A stretch of DNA of 44,462 nucleotides from Octopus bimaculoides. Taxonomy: Eukaryota. The stretch lies in the NCBI RefSeq assembly GCF_001194135.2, contig NC_069001.1, positions 4,159,051 to 4,203,512 of the forward strand, given 5' to 3'. Under the pieces are notes generated by a model. That model ran no database searches and had not been told where the DNA came from. It was given only the letters and a program-made list of their open reading frames with translations. Each line of letters begins with the position of its first letter. The first letter of the stretch is position 1. The translations under genes were made by a program, and so were the position numbers. Shown in pieces: positions 21,227-34,512 of the stretch.

Positions 21227-22479
21227 CGACGACGACGACGACGATGATGATGATTAATTATAATGGTGCAATGATGATGACAGTAGTGGTGATGATGATG
21301 ATGATGATGATGAGAGGAAGAGGAGGAGGACGTTGATCATAAGTTATAATGTTGTCGTGATGATGATGATGCTGGAGGTGATGAAGATGACGATGATGAT
21401 GAGGAGGAAGAGGGGCGGGCTTGAAAACTATAGCACTGTTGATGATACTGTTGATGATGGTGATGATGATGAAAATGATCATGATGACGATGATGGTGGT
21501 GGTTGTCATAGTAGTAGTGGTAGTAGTAGTTGTCATGATTGTGGTAGTGGTAACAATGGTCTCGGTATTAATATCGGTAGTAGTATTGGTGGTATTAGCA
21601 AAAGTGGTGGCAGTAGTTATGGCGACGGCAGAGATGTTGGTGGTGGTGGTGGTATTAGTGGTGGTGGTGGTATTAGTGGTGGTGGTGGTGGTGGTGGTNN
21701 NNNNNNNNNNNNNNNNNNNNNNNNNNNNNNNNNNNNNNNNNNNNNNNNNNNNNNNNNNNNNNNNNNNNNNNNNNNNNNNNNNNNNNNNNNNNNNNNNNNN
21801 NNNNNNNNNNNNNNNNNNNNNNNNNNNNNNNNNNNNNNNNNNNNNNNNNNNNNNNNNNNNNNNNNNNNNNNNNNNNNNNNNNNNNNNNNNNNNNNNNNNN
21901 NNNNNNNNNNNNNNNNNNNNNNNNNNNNNNNNNNNNNNNNNNNNNNNNNNNNNNNNNNNNNNNNNNNNNNNNNNNNNNNNNNNNNNNNNNNNNNNNNNNN
22001 NNNNNNNNNNNNNNNNNNNNNNNNNNNNNNNNNNNNNNNNNNNNNNNNNNNNNNNNNNNNNNNNNNNNNNNNNNNNNNNNNNNNNNNNNNNNNNCGACCC
22101 CCAGTGCTCCACTGGTACTTAATTTATCGACCCTGAAAGGATGAAAGGCAAAGTCGACCTCAGTGGAATTTGAACTCAGAACGTACAGCTGGATGGAATG
22201 TTAAGCGTTTTGCCCGGTGTCCTAATGCTTCTGCCAGCTCACTGTCATAATAATAATAATAATAATAACAATGGTTTCAAATTTTGGCACAAGGCCAGCA
22301 CTTTTGGGGTAAGGCAGTTATATTGACCCCAGTACTGAACTGGTGCTTATTTTTATTTAACCCTGAAAGGATGAAAGGCAAAGTCGACCTTGGCGGAATT
22401 TGAACTCAGAAAGTGCAGAGGGACAAACTGCTACTAAGCATTTTGCCCAGCGTGCTAATGATTCCACCAGCTTGCTGCC

Positions 22480-22534
<55 letters not shown>

Positions 22535-23682
22535 TCGTTTCTACTACAGGCACAAGGCCTGAAATTTTTGGGGAGGGGGCCAGTCAATTAGATCGACCTT
22601 AGTATGTAACTGGTACTTTATTTATTAATCCCAAAAGGATGAAAGGCAAAGTCTTTCCATGGGGTTCGTATGGCCACTAAGGGTCCATATGAGATTTTTG
22701 GGTGTCTATGCAAGATCCGCAATAGTATTTTAGGGCCCCTGAAAAAATTTTGCTTTCTATGTATGTATTGTTATGTATTGTAAGAAACAGCCAGGTTTCT
22801 TTCTGTGTCGGTCAAACCATGTAAAATTTTAGATTTTTTTATATAGTTCCAACTTGCATCCTGTGTATCATGGCCTCTTCTCTGAGGATCTGGCTGGGCT
22901 GGGTTGACGGCTCATNNNNNNNNNNNNNNNNNNNNNNNNNNNNNNNNNNNNNNNNNNNNNNNNNNNNNNNNNNNNNNNNNNNNNNNNNNNNNNNNNNNNN
23001 NNNNNNNNNNNNNNNNNNNNNNNNNNNNNNNNNNNNNNNNNNNNNNNNNNNNNNNNNNNNNNNNNNNNNNNNNNNNNNNNNNNNNNNNNNNNNNTGATCT
23101 GACCTGGCTTTGTGCCTAAATTAGAAACCACTTTTGTAGTTTAGCATTTACAGTTTTCATTTACTTACCACACGAACAGCTGTTTTGTGATTGTTAGCGA
23201 AGATGAGAGCCAAAGCACAGGTTGGAACATGCGTAAATGTGTTGCCATCTTCACTATAAATGTTAATTTAACCAGTTATCAGCGCAGCATAAACAATTAT
23301 TTATAATCCATCTTCAATACACATCCATCAAAACATTTTGTTCGTACTAATGGACTTGTTATGTTCTTTTTTTTTTGCTTCAGTTGTATAGTCCTGATGA
23401 TGACGATGATGATGATGACGATAATGATGATGATGATGATACCCATCACCACGTGCTCTTTTCTTCTGACAGGAAAATCACGATGAAATATCATCATCAT
23501 CATCATCATCATCATCCTCACAACCCTCATCATCATCACCATCACCATCAACATTCTCCTCCTCCTCCTCATCATCACTGACATCTTTGTTCTCACCCCA
23601 GCATCACCAGTGACCCTCTCATCATCATCATCATCATCATTATTCTCACCATCCTCATCCTTCTCACCACCAGCACCACCTA

Positions 23683-23727
<45 letters not shown>

Positions 23728-26429
23728 TGTCCTTACTACCACCATAACCAACAATATCAGCTCTCCATCCACCTCCTCATCGTCATCACCGTCTTTGTCC
23801 TCTCTACCACCATCATTTGGACCCTAGAAGGGACCCTTTCAGTGGTGGTCACTCAACACTGGCCTAGTCCACCTTCTGTCATTCTCCTATGTTGTGGTCA
23901 ATCAACCATTTTCTAGAAACGGAAGTAGTGGATTCAGACCGAACCACATACATCCTCACCCCCCACCCCACCCCTCAGTTCTCTCTTCCTCCTGCACAGA
24001 CCCACAGAGGTTCAGGTTGGCTGCATATTNNNNNNNNNNNNNNNNNNNNNNNNNNNNNNNNNNNNNNNNNNNNNNNNNNNNNNNNNNNNNNNNNNNNNNN
24101 NNNNNNNNNNNNNNNNNNNNNNNNNNNNNNNNNNNNNNNNNNNNNNNNNNNNNNNNNNNNNNNNNNNNNNNNNNNNNNNNNNNNNNNNNNNNNNNNNNNN
24201 NNNNNNNNNNNNNNNNNNNNNNNNNNNNNNNNNNNNNNNNNNNNNNNNNNNNNNNNNNNNNNNNNNNNNNNNNNNNNNNNNNNNNNNNNNNNNNNNNNNN
24301 NNNNNNNNNNNNNNNNNNNNNNNNNNNNNNNNNNNNNNNNNNNNNNNNNNNNNNNNNNNNNNNNNNNNNNNNNNNNNNNNNNNNNNNNNNNNNNNNNNNN
24401 NNNNNNNNNNNNNNNNNNNNNNNNNNNNNNNNNNNNNNNNNNNNNNNNNNNNNNNNNNNNNNNNNNNNNNNNNNNNNNNNNNNNNNNNNNNNNNNNNNNN
24501 NNNNNNNNNNNNNNNNNNNNNNNNNNNNNNNNNNNNNNNNNNNNNNNNNNNNNNNNNNNNNNNNNNNNNNNNNNNNNNNNNNNNNNNNNNNNNNNNNNNN
24601 NNNNNNNGATGGTGGTGGTGGCGGTGATGGTGGTGGTGGTGGTGGTGGTGGTGATGGTGGCACTGATGGTGGTGGTGGTGGCAGTGATGGTGGTGGTGGT
24701 GGCAGTGGTGATGGTGGTGGCACTGATGGTGATGGAGCATGTACATTGCTTATGATGTATAGTGACATAGTGCTGAGTGTAGAGTGGTTACAATGCAGTG
24801 GAATGCGATTTGGTGCAGTGTAATGCACTCTTACATCAGGAGTTCAAATCCTGCTTTCTGTCCCCAAAACAAATTAACAAAAAGGATAAAAAGACAAACA
24901 TGGATTGTTAATACTCTAAGGAATGGCATGAATGTTACAGATTCTCATCTAGTGTTCACTTGTAAACACATAAGTGGTGAAACACCTCAGTAGAAAAAAA
25001 AAAGTTATGATAATCCTTTGCCAGTTGTTGTCAAATGTTTTGATATTTGACGGCAACTGTCAAGTCATAAGTGGATATGACATAAAGAGGACAATATGCA
25101 ATTAATTACGATCCATTAATTATTGATTACTCCCAAGACAATGATGTTGGGGGTTTAACAAGAACTTAAACAGGACAAGACCATGTGATACATCTTGTGT
25201 TTGAACCAATGACGGGGCTGATATGAGGCTAAACAACATCATCATTATCACCACCACCACTGCTGCCCGCCCGCGCCTCCCGCCCGCCACCACCACTACT
25301 ACCATGTCTCCCTAATTTTCTACTTGTGATCTACTACATCGTCAATCAATTAGGAAAACAATTAAACTGTGATATCTATAATTAGGATGTCACTGAATCA
25401 ATTTAAATTCCTCAATCTAATCAACAGGTAATTGAGAGGTACAAGTTCTTCCAATTAACGACTTAATACATTAATAAAATCTTTTGCTCCTCCTCTTGTT
25501 GTTGTTGTTGTTGTGTAACCTGGTTGACCCTGAAAGAACAGATCAACTATAAAATATATGGTCAGTTATTGTTGTTTAGCCCTAGGTGGACCTTAATCAA
25601 GCAGTCTGTGTTTGTCCCCCAGATCACCACTTCACAACCAGTGTTGGTGTGTTTACGTCCCCGTAACTTAGTGATTCGGCAAAAGATGCTGACAGAATAA
25701 GTACTAGGCTTCAAAATTATGTCCTGGGGTCGATTTGTTCGACTAAAACCCTTCAAGGTGGCGCTCCAGCATGGTCACAGTCAAATGACTGAAACAAGTA
25801 AAAGAATAAAAGACTATATATATATAAATGAGAGATTAGCAGTTCATCATATTTTATTATTGGTATAAATTATTTTTGCTGAAAAATCTATTATTTAGAG
25901 ATATTAGTTCTGTTAAGAATGAACGGCTAAACCAGCCTGGAAAATGCACGTGCGTGCACCCACACACACACCTACACATACACGTGTGAAGTATGTCTGA
26001 AGAGTTGTCAATACTGTTTAGGTGCAAGAGTTGGCACGATGCTATCAGTCACATTCGGACCAGTTTATATGCCATAATCACTGCCCAATGATATATAAAC
26101 ACACACACACACAAGCACACAGAAACACATATGTACGTATACATACACACATATATATATATATATACACACATACATATATATACACACACACATATGT
26201 AGACACACAGACACACATATATAGAAACATATATATACACATACACATATATATACACATACACATATATATACACACACATACATATATATAAACACAT
26301 ACATTTATATGCACACACATACACACACATATAACCATAAGTAATATTCTCAAGAGCAGCTCTGCACTTCTATCACAAATTGTTTTTATCCTTTTTTTAT
26401 TTTTTCAAATTTTGAATTAGAATTATCAG

Positions 26430-26860
26430 GAAATATCACCTGATATTCTACACTAGCAATAGTATGTTGTGATATTTCATAGATATATCACAGCCACAAG
26501 ATACTGCACAACAGCCATATTAGTAAAGTATATTACAAATTATACAATTCGATAATCCACCACAATTATCGTATATTCTAGTATGTTATAGAAATATCAC
26601 TGATATCTGATATTCCACAACAGTCATGGTGTATTTTAATATCTCACAGAAATATTACAGCATCTGATATTTGACAGCTGCTATAATTAGTACGTTCTGG
26701 TTTTCTATAGAAATAGCACTGTCATTCGATATTCTTCTACAGACGTAGTATACTATATTGTTTATAGAGATATAACAGCTTCTGGTATTTCACAGTGTCT
26801 ATAATTAGTATGCTGTAGTATTTTATAGAAATACCACTACCACCTGATATTTCTTCACCC
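26430..26860. repeat. Old, highly diverged ~59-bp minisatellite
   Basis: The motif AGAAATATCAC..CTGATATT recurs at 26591, 26649, 26710, 26767 and 26828. Related units appear again at ~28050 and ~28340-28500. Confidence 0.7.
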
Positions 26861-28830
26861 TTACGTACACCCCCCACCATCTCCCTCTCCGTTGCTCCTT
26901 CGTTTTGCACACAAGCCCCGCCCTGTTTTATGATCTCCTCTCCTTCCTGAGCTACTTCATACTGATGTTTCCCACCAGCTGCAACCCAAGCCTTGTAGCC
27001 ATGTTATTCTCCCCTCACTCCTCACTCACCTCTACCCCAATCCCTAGTCGTTTGTTACTCTTCACTCGCATTCTCCTGAAACTACCCACCTTTGTCTTCC
27101 CCTCTGATCCACAGACCATATCCCCTCCTATGCTCACCTTCTTGCACCTTGAGAGTTTGCTCTGGCACCCAATCATAACCATCTTCGTTTCCTTCTCAGC
27201 TACTGCTACTCACCCTCATATATAATGTGGGATAGCCATGTATCTCCTCTATAGCAACACACCTGAGATTGTCCCTGAGTCATACTTCAGCTGCTCTCTC
27301 AATACCTGCCATAAAGTCACCTCCCCCTCCTTAATACTCACTCCCTCTTAGTTGTGGGGGAAGGAAGGAGGGGGGTACTTTCCGCCTTTCCTGATCTTTT
27401 TCTGTCTTGTAGCATACTTGGAGATCTCACTAGTGTTGGTGGCATGAAAAAGAGAACTCATTACGCTCTTAAGGCGATTGGCTTAACGAAGGGCATCCAG
27501 CTGTGGAAACCATGCAAAAGCTGATTCTGGAGCTTGGCACAGCCCTTCAGCTGGCGTGATCTTATTAAAACTATCCAATCCATACTTGCAGAAAAAACAG
27601 AAGTTAAATGATGGTGACGATGATTAAAAAAAGGATAAAGACCCCCTTCGGTCATGAATGACCATGGGATTGCACCTAGAAAGTTCCCCTCCGAAGCACA
27701 AGTCCAGACAAAGTTGTTTATGGAAGACCAACGGTCACCCATGCTTACCAGTCTCCCCTCTCCATGCCACCAATGTTATCCAAGGGAAAGGCAAAGGGGC
27801 TGACACAGCTTGGCACCAATGATGTTGCAACTCGTTTCCACAGTTGAGTGAACTGGAACAACATGAAAATAAAGAGTCTTGCTCAAGAACAAAACACACA
27901 GCCTGGTCCAGGAATCGAACTCACTACCTCATGATTGTGAACCTGACACTCTAACCACTGAATCATGTGGCTTAGTATCTTATTTTCAACCAATATTACT
28001 CCAGCAGTCATGTCGCCTTAATAAGGATACTATAATATTAACATTTCATTCCAGCTGATATTTCACCAGCACACATGGTATAATTATAGCTTAGTATAAT
28101 AATTATCAAATGATATGCATCATCGTAATAGAAGTATCACAGTCACCAACACCAGCACCGATTGTTGAGCGGTGGTGAGGGACAAACACAAACACAGACA
28201 GACACACACACACAAATATCTACGATGGGCTTCTTTCAGTTTCCACCTACCAAGGTGCCATGCAGTGGGACTGAACCCAGAACCACGTGGTTGGGGAGCA
28301 AGCTTCTTACCACAGAGCCACACTTGCATCTTTAAATAAAAACATCACTGCAACATGATATTCTTTCAGACATAGTATGATGTAGTATCTTAGAGAAATA
28401 TCACTACCGTCTGATATTTCACCAACGCTGTAGTACATCATTGTATCTATAATACTAGTATCTTATTCGAAGCGATATTTCACCAGCAGTCATGGCATAA
28501 TGGCAGAAGATTATAAAAAATTATCAGATGATCGGTATCATCTAATATTTCATCTTCAACTAATTTATTGACAGCAGTTAAAAAAAACAAGTATGTGTGT
28601 ATGTATGTATGTATGTATGTATGTATGTATGTATGTATGTATGTATGTATGTATGTATNNNNNNNNNNNNNNNNNNNNNNNNNNNNNNNNNNNNNNNNNN
28701 NNNNNNNNNNNNNNNNNNNNNNNTATATATATATATATATCTTATTTATTGAGAAAGAACAAACTGACATGAATGTCTAATGTGATATTTATAAACTCTA
28801 AGCATAATTACTTTCTTAGCTGAGTAGATA

Positions 28831-29330
28831 AGTGGTCTGATCAATAAGTAACCGGATTGTTACTATAGTAACGAAGCTAAAGCATGCAGAGTGAAGCCGC
28901 TTGGCACAAATTGACCTTGAACTCTGCTGTGCATGTGCACTAAGTTTTAACGGTCTAGCTCACTTCCACTATATACAGCCATGCTTGGAAGGAAGGTGTG
29001 TAGCGTGTGATCGTCACATTGACCATGACAGACCAAGTTGAGCAGAGAATCTGCATCAAATTTTGCCAAAGGCTTGGCAATACCTGATCAGAGGCCTATG
29101 CAAATTTTCAAAAAGTTTTCATTGTTCTCAACATAATCAAGGAGTCTTGTGCAACTGAAACCAGAGTGTCCTTTTGGTCAGCTGAAAGCAGTTTTGGCAC
29201 AAACTTGGCAGACACACGTCTCATACCCAAATCTTCAGTGATAATGGACTGAATTGAAATGTAACTAATCTGTACATCTTCTGATAACTCACAGATGGTG
29301 ATTCGATGATTTCCCCTCACAGCTGCCATG
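28831..29330. mobile_element. Rearranged mariner relic (5' end on +, next transposase segment on -)
   Basis: A TIR-like GTGGTCTGATCAATAAGTA follows TA. The + strand encodes MTDQVEQRICIKFCQRLGNT*SEAYANFQK from 29025. The - strand encodes AVRGNHRITICELSEDVQIS...LGMRRVSAKFVPKLL over 29329-29108. Confidence 0.85.
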
Positions 29331-29740
29331 TTGTAGGATTGAACCTGAAACGATGTGGTTTGGAAGCAACCTTCTTACCACACAGTCATACCTGTGCCAA
29401 AGTACCCAGCTGATTAGTACCTAAGTGAAACATGCACACCGAAAATGGAGTGTCTTGACAAACAAACATAATTCCAATACACCAGTAAGTGATTGAACTT
29501 GTAACTGTGTGATCGATAGTGTATCACCTTTGCCAAACATCCACTGTACTGATAACTGATCAAAGTGCATTGTTATTGATCGATTAAAATATGATTTAAA
29601 TCTATAACGAGCAGCAGGGGTCCTATTTGATACAATCAATAAAACCAAATTCTTGGTGAGATAATCACTCCATCTTCCTCTATTTCTCACTCTTTCCTGT
29701 TGCATTCCTTATCTTTGGGTAAATCATTAACTAAATTACT

Positions 29741-30058
29741 AGCACTTCGTCAGTTACAACGATGAGTGTTCTAGTCGGTCTGATCAAAGGAACAACCAAC
29801 TCGTGAAATCAACGATCAAGTGGCTGAGAGCTCCACAGACATATGTACCCTTAATGTAGTTCTCAGGGAGGTTCAGCATGACACAGAATGTGACAAGGCT
29901 GGCCCCTTTGAAATACAGGTCCTACTCCTTTTTGCCAGCTGAGTAGACTGGAGCAACATGAAATAAAGTGTCTTGCTCAAGGACACAATGTGTCGCTGGG
30001 ATTTGAACTCATGACTTTACGATTGTGTGCCGAATGCCCTAACCACTAAGCCAGGCAC
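29741..30058 (-). mobile_element. Near full-length tRNA-derived SINE with CORE/Meta-like central domain
   Basis: The minus strand has A-box (GGCTTAGTGGTTAG) and B-box (GAGTTCAAATCCC) elements, followed by GTGTCCTTGAGCAAGACACTTTATTTCATGTTGCTCCAGTCTACTCAGCTGG. Related fragments are at ~535-690, ~2160-2270, ~27820-27970 and ~36930-37140. Confidence 0.7.
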
Positions 30059-31293
30059 CTTCATTAAACAAGTAAAGAAACAACTGATAAAACAATGAAT
30101 ACACAAGTGTGGCTGTGTGGTTAAAAAGTTTGCTTCCCAACTGTGTGGTCTTGGGATCACAATAAATAATTGTGAAAAAAAAAAGAAAAAGAAATCCTTT
30201 GTGGGTGGTGCCCTAGTATGGCCATAAGTCTAATGACCGAAAGTAGGAAAGTATAAAAGACTAATTAGTTTCATAATAACAGATGGATAAAGGAATGCCA
30301 GGTTCTCCAAGAGGAAGGGAACTATAAAAGAGGAAGACCAAGTTAGACATAGACAGAAATAGCGAAGGCTGGGTGTTGAACCTCATGCAAAATGACAAAA
30401 ATAGAAAATAAAAATAAAACTTTCAAAATGTGGCACAAGGCCAGCAATTTGCAAGGAGGGGGAATAAGCTGATTTCATCAACACCAGTGGTGATGGTGAT
30501 GATAATAATGAAAGTGATGAAGATTGGTGATTAAGATGGTGATGATGATGATAATGACAGTGATGATGATGACGATGATGAATATGCAATCATATGATAA
30601 GATAACTGAGTAAATAAAAAAAAAAAAATTAAATACACACACAAAAAGAAACAAAACATTAATCAGCTAAATGGTGCTCCAGCATGACCGCAGCCGCAAG
30701 GCTGAAATGAGTAAAAGAGTAAACAATTATATAAATAAATATTTTTCTAAACGAATTACCATCAGCAGATTTTACGCGTAATGTTGACTGTCTTCAGTTG
30801 ATGTTATTTGAAGACAGGAAAGCAACATCTACCGTTTCTGGTTGTTTAGTGGAAATGTTGGTTTTTACCAAGGCAAAGATATTGGCTGATTCTATCTCAC
30901 GTCCCTTGCCAAAACACACACACATATACACACACACACACGCATGCATGCAAATACACAGGCACATACACATGCATACAGACACGTGCACCTACACATG
31001 CATGCATGTGCATACAAACACACACATTCATGCATACACACACATACATGTGGGTGTGCAAAGGTACACACATGCTAGTGCATGCACGCATGTGCACACT
31101 CACACACAAACACATTTACGTATACACACGCACACACAAACACACACATGCAAATACACACGTGCACACAAACACACACATGCAAATACACACGCACACA
31201 CAAACACACACATGCAAATACACACGTGCACACAAATCCACACGTGCATGCATATGCCCCCACCCCCACCCCTCACACGTATACACCAACACC

Positions 31294-32060
31294 NNNNNNN
31301 NNNNNNNNNNNNNNNNNNNNNNNNNNNNNNNNNNNNNNNNNNNNNNNNNNNNNNNNNNNNNNNNNNNNNNNNNNNNNNNNNNNNNNNNNNNNNNNNNNNN
31401 NNNNNNNNNNNNNNNNNNNNNNNNNNNNNNNNNNNNNNNNNNNNNNNNNNNNNNNNNNNNNNNNNNNNNNNNNNNNNNNNNNNNNNNNNNNNNNNNNNNN
31501 NNNNNNNNNNNNNNNNNNNNNNNNNNNNNNNNNNNNNNNNNNNNNNNNNNNNNNNNNNNNNNNNNNNNNNNNNNNNNNNNNNNNNNNNNNNNNNNNNNNN
31601 NNNNNNNNNNNNNNNNNNNNNNNNNNNNNNNNNNNNNNNNNNNNNNNNNNNNNNNNNNNNNNNNNNNNNNNNNNNNNNNNNNNNNNNNNNNNNNNNNNNN
31701 NNNNNNNNNNNNNNNNNNNNNNNNNNNNNNNNNNNNNNNNNNNNNNNNNNNNNNNNNNNNNNNNNNNNNNNNNNNNNNNNNNNNNNNNNNNNNNNNNNNN
31801 NNNNNNNNNNNNNNNNNNNNNNNNNNNNNNNNNNNNNNNNNNNNNNNNNNNNNNNNNNNNNNNNNNNNNNNNNNNNNNNNNNNNNNNNNNNNNNNNNNNN
31901 NNNNNNNNNNNNNNNNNNNNNNNNNNNNNNNNNNNNNNNNNNNNNNNNNNNNNNNNNNNNNNNNNNNNNNNNNNNNNNNNNNNNNNNNNNNNNNNNNNNN
32001 NNNNNNNNNNNNNNNNNNNNNNNNNNNNNNNNNNNNNNNNNNNNNNNNNNNNNNNNNNNN
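31294..32060. other. Largest assembly gap (N-run)
   Basis: Other N-runs start at about 10505, 11323, 12504, 15827, 16580, 21699, 22916, 24030, 28659, 35375 and 37735. Most abut simple repeats. Confidence 0.99.
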
Positions 32061-32193
32061 TTAGTCAAACAAATAAACTCCAGTGTTTGTTTTTTTTTCT
32101 TTTCTTTTTCCTTTATTTTCTTAAAATTTGATATTCATTCTATTGGCCTTGGTCTTGCTGAAACTGCTAATTTATGAGGATGTAAACAAACTA

Positions 32194-32362
32194 ACACGAG
32201 TTCTATATTTAAGAAATGAGGAACTATGTACATTATTTACATTATTTACATTTGACGGATATTTGTCCTCATCTTGTTTGTTGTTAACACAACATTTCGG
32301 CTGATATACTCTCCAGCCTTCATCAGGGGTCTTGGGGAAATTTCGAACCTGGGTTCTCATTC
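32194..32362 (-). ncRNA. Short dispersed element carrying a minimal type I hammerhead motif (32286-32331)
   Basis: Minus strand reads GACCC CTGATGA A GGCTG-gagagtatat-CAGCC GAAA TGT T | GTGTT. About 140 bp of it is shared with 19997-20137. Confidence 0.7.
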
Positions 32363-32366
32363 CACA

Positions 32367-32440
32367 GGCATATGGTGTAGTGGTTAAGAGCGCGGGTTAC
32401 TAACCCTAAGATTTCGAGTTCGATTCCAGGCAGTGACCTG
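32367..32440 (+). mobile_element. Short tRNA-like SINE head
   Basis: A box TGGTGTAGTGGTTAAG and B box GAGTTCGATTCC are present. There is no acceptor stem, so it is not a tRNA gene. Confidence 0.65.
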
Positions 32441-33373
32441 AATAAAATCACTGGGATTGATCCAATCAACTCACCTTATTCCCACCGATCTTGCTGGCCT
32501 TGGTGCCTAGAAAGCATTTTTTTCTTGATGATCTCTGACAACTATATTGCATATTGGGATCGATCTAATTGACTGGCCCCTCCCCCAGAGTAGGAAAAAA
32601 AAAACAAAGTACTAGTTGAGTACTGAGATTAGTGTAATTCACTAACCCCCCCCCCAAAAAAAAAAAATTTCAGGCCTTGTGCCAATAGTAGAAAGGATTA
32701 TTATTATTTTATCTAAAGTGACGAGTTGGCAGATGTGTTAGCACACTGGACGAAATGCTTAGTGGTATTTCACCTGTCTTAACATTCTGAGTTCAAATTC
32801 AGCCGAGGTTGACTTTGCCTTTCATCCTTTTGCAGGGTTGATAAAATAAGTACCAGTTGAGTCCTGGGGCCGATTTAATCAACAGTGGAGCTGATTTAAT
32901 TCCTCTCCCCAAATTCCTCTGTCTTTGTGCAAAAATTCAAAACCATTATTTACAACATCTCTGCTTTGAAATCTGTTAAAAACACATTATGGGCTTCTTT
33001 CAATGTCCACCTACCAAATACGTCTGAAGAATTTGGTTAATCCTGGAGCCATAACAGAAGACACTTGCTCAGAATGCCACACAGTGGGACTGAACCCAAA
33101 ACCATGTGGTTGGGAAGCAAACTTCTTAACCACACAGCCACACATGTTCCCGTTATATATGTGGGTGGGTGTGCAAGTTGGTGGGTAGGTTATGCCCCAT
33201 GGCAGCAGGGTGGAGTAGATGATGATAGGAGAATATAAGATGTGAAGAGAGAAAAATGTACTGCACACCTGTCTAACCAATGATATAATAGTATTATGTT
33301 ATCATGATATTATTGGTTGGATATAACATAGATAACGATGGTATAATAAACATAACGATATTATAGATGATGA

Positions 33374-33407
<34 letters not shown>

Positions 33408-34174
33408 GGTCTTGGCGGCAGCGGTGATGATGAGATAAAGATAATGGTGATGGTGATGATGATGATGTTGATTATGATGATGATGATCATCATCATAATC
33501 ATGATGGAGATGATATGATGATGGTGATTCTGATGAAGATGGCGACGATGATGGTCTTGATGGTGTAGTGGTGGCGATGATGAGATGAAGTGGTGGTGGT
33601 GGTGATGTTGATTATGATGATGATGATGATGGCAGTACAACAATAACAATAACAACAACAACAAGTATCGTAATATTTGGGTTTTATTGGAAGCACATAT
33701 TTAATTGGATTACAATAATAAAGGACAATGAACACACAAATGTAGACACATACACACACACACACACACAGAGGCATTCACAAACACAAGTAGGTACAAC
33801 TACATACACATACACACACACAACAATTCATACACATAATTACACACACACACACAGAGGCACTTACAAACACAAGCACACACACACAAGTGCATACACA
33901 CACACACAGAGGCACTTACAAATACAAGCACACACAACTACACACAGAAACGCATATACACTCACGCACAACTACACACACACACACACACACAGACACA
34001 CACACTCATACACATAACGACACACACACATACGCAACACACAAGCACACAACTACACACACACACAGTCTCACAACAAACAACTCACACACACACACAC
34101 AACCACTAAGTTGGCATGGCGAAACTAAATCACGTTCTACTCTTCATCTAGACAGAAGCAAACAAAAAACAACA

Positions 34175-34245
<71 letters not shown>

Positions 34246-34512
34246 AGCAGCAGGTTGTTGTTTAAATAATTTGTTGTAAAAGGACATGATTGACCAAACG
34301 GATTAATTAACTGACCTCCTACGGTAGAGAACTCAACTGGGAGAAAAGATGGAGTGCGAGGGTGTTGATGGTGATGGTCATGGTGGTGGTGGCGGCGGCG
34401 GGGGTGGTGCTTGATTTAGTTAGACTAGACTGAGCTAATTACAAGCAATTAAATAATGTAGTTAACTGTGTTTACGTGTCTCTGTTTAATTAATCACAAT
34501 TGGATTTTATTG

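Noticed and set aside
32367-32440. Apparent tRNA gene
   Set aside because: It has A and B boxes but no acceptor stem or clean cloverleaf, so it is a SINE head. It also points away from the adjacent hammerhead element and cannot transcribe it.
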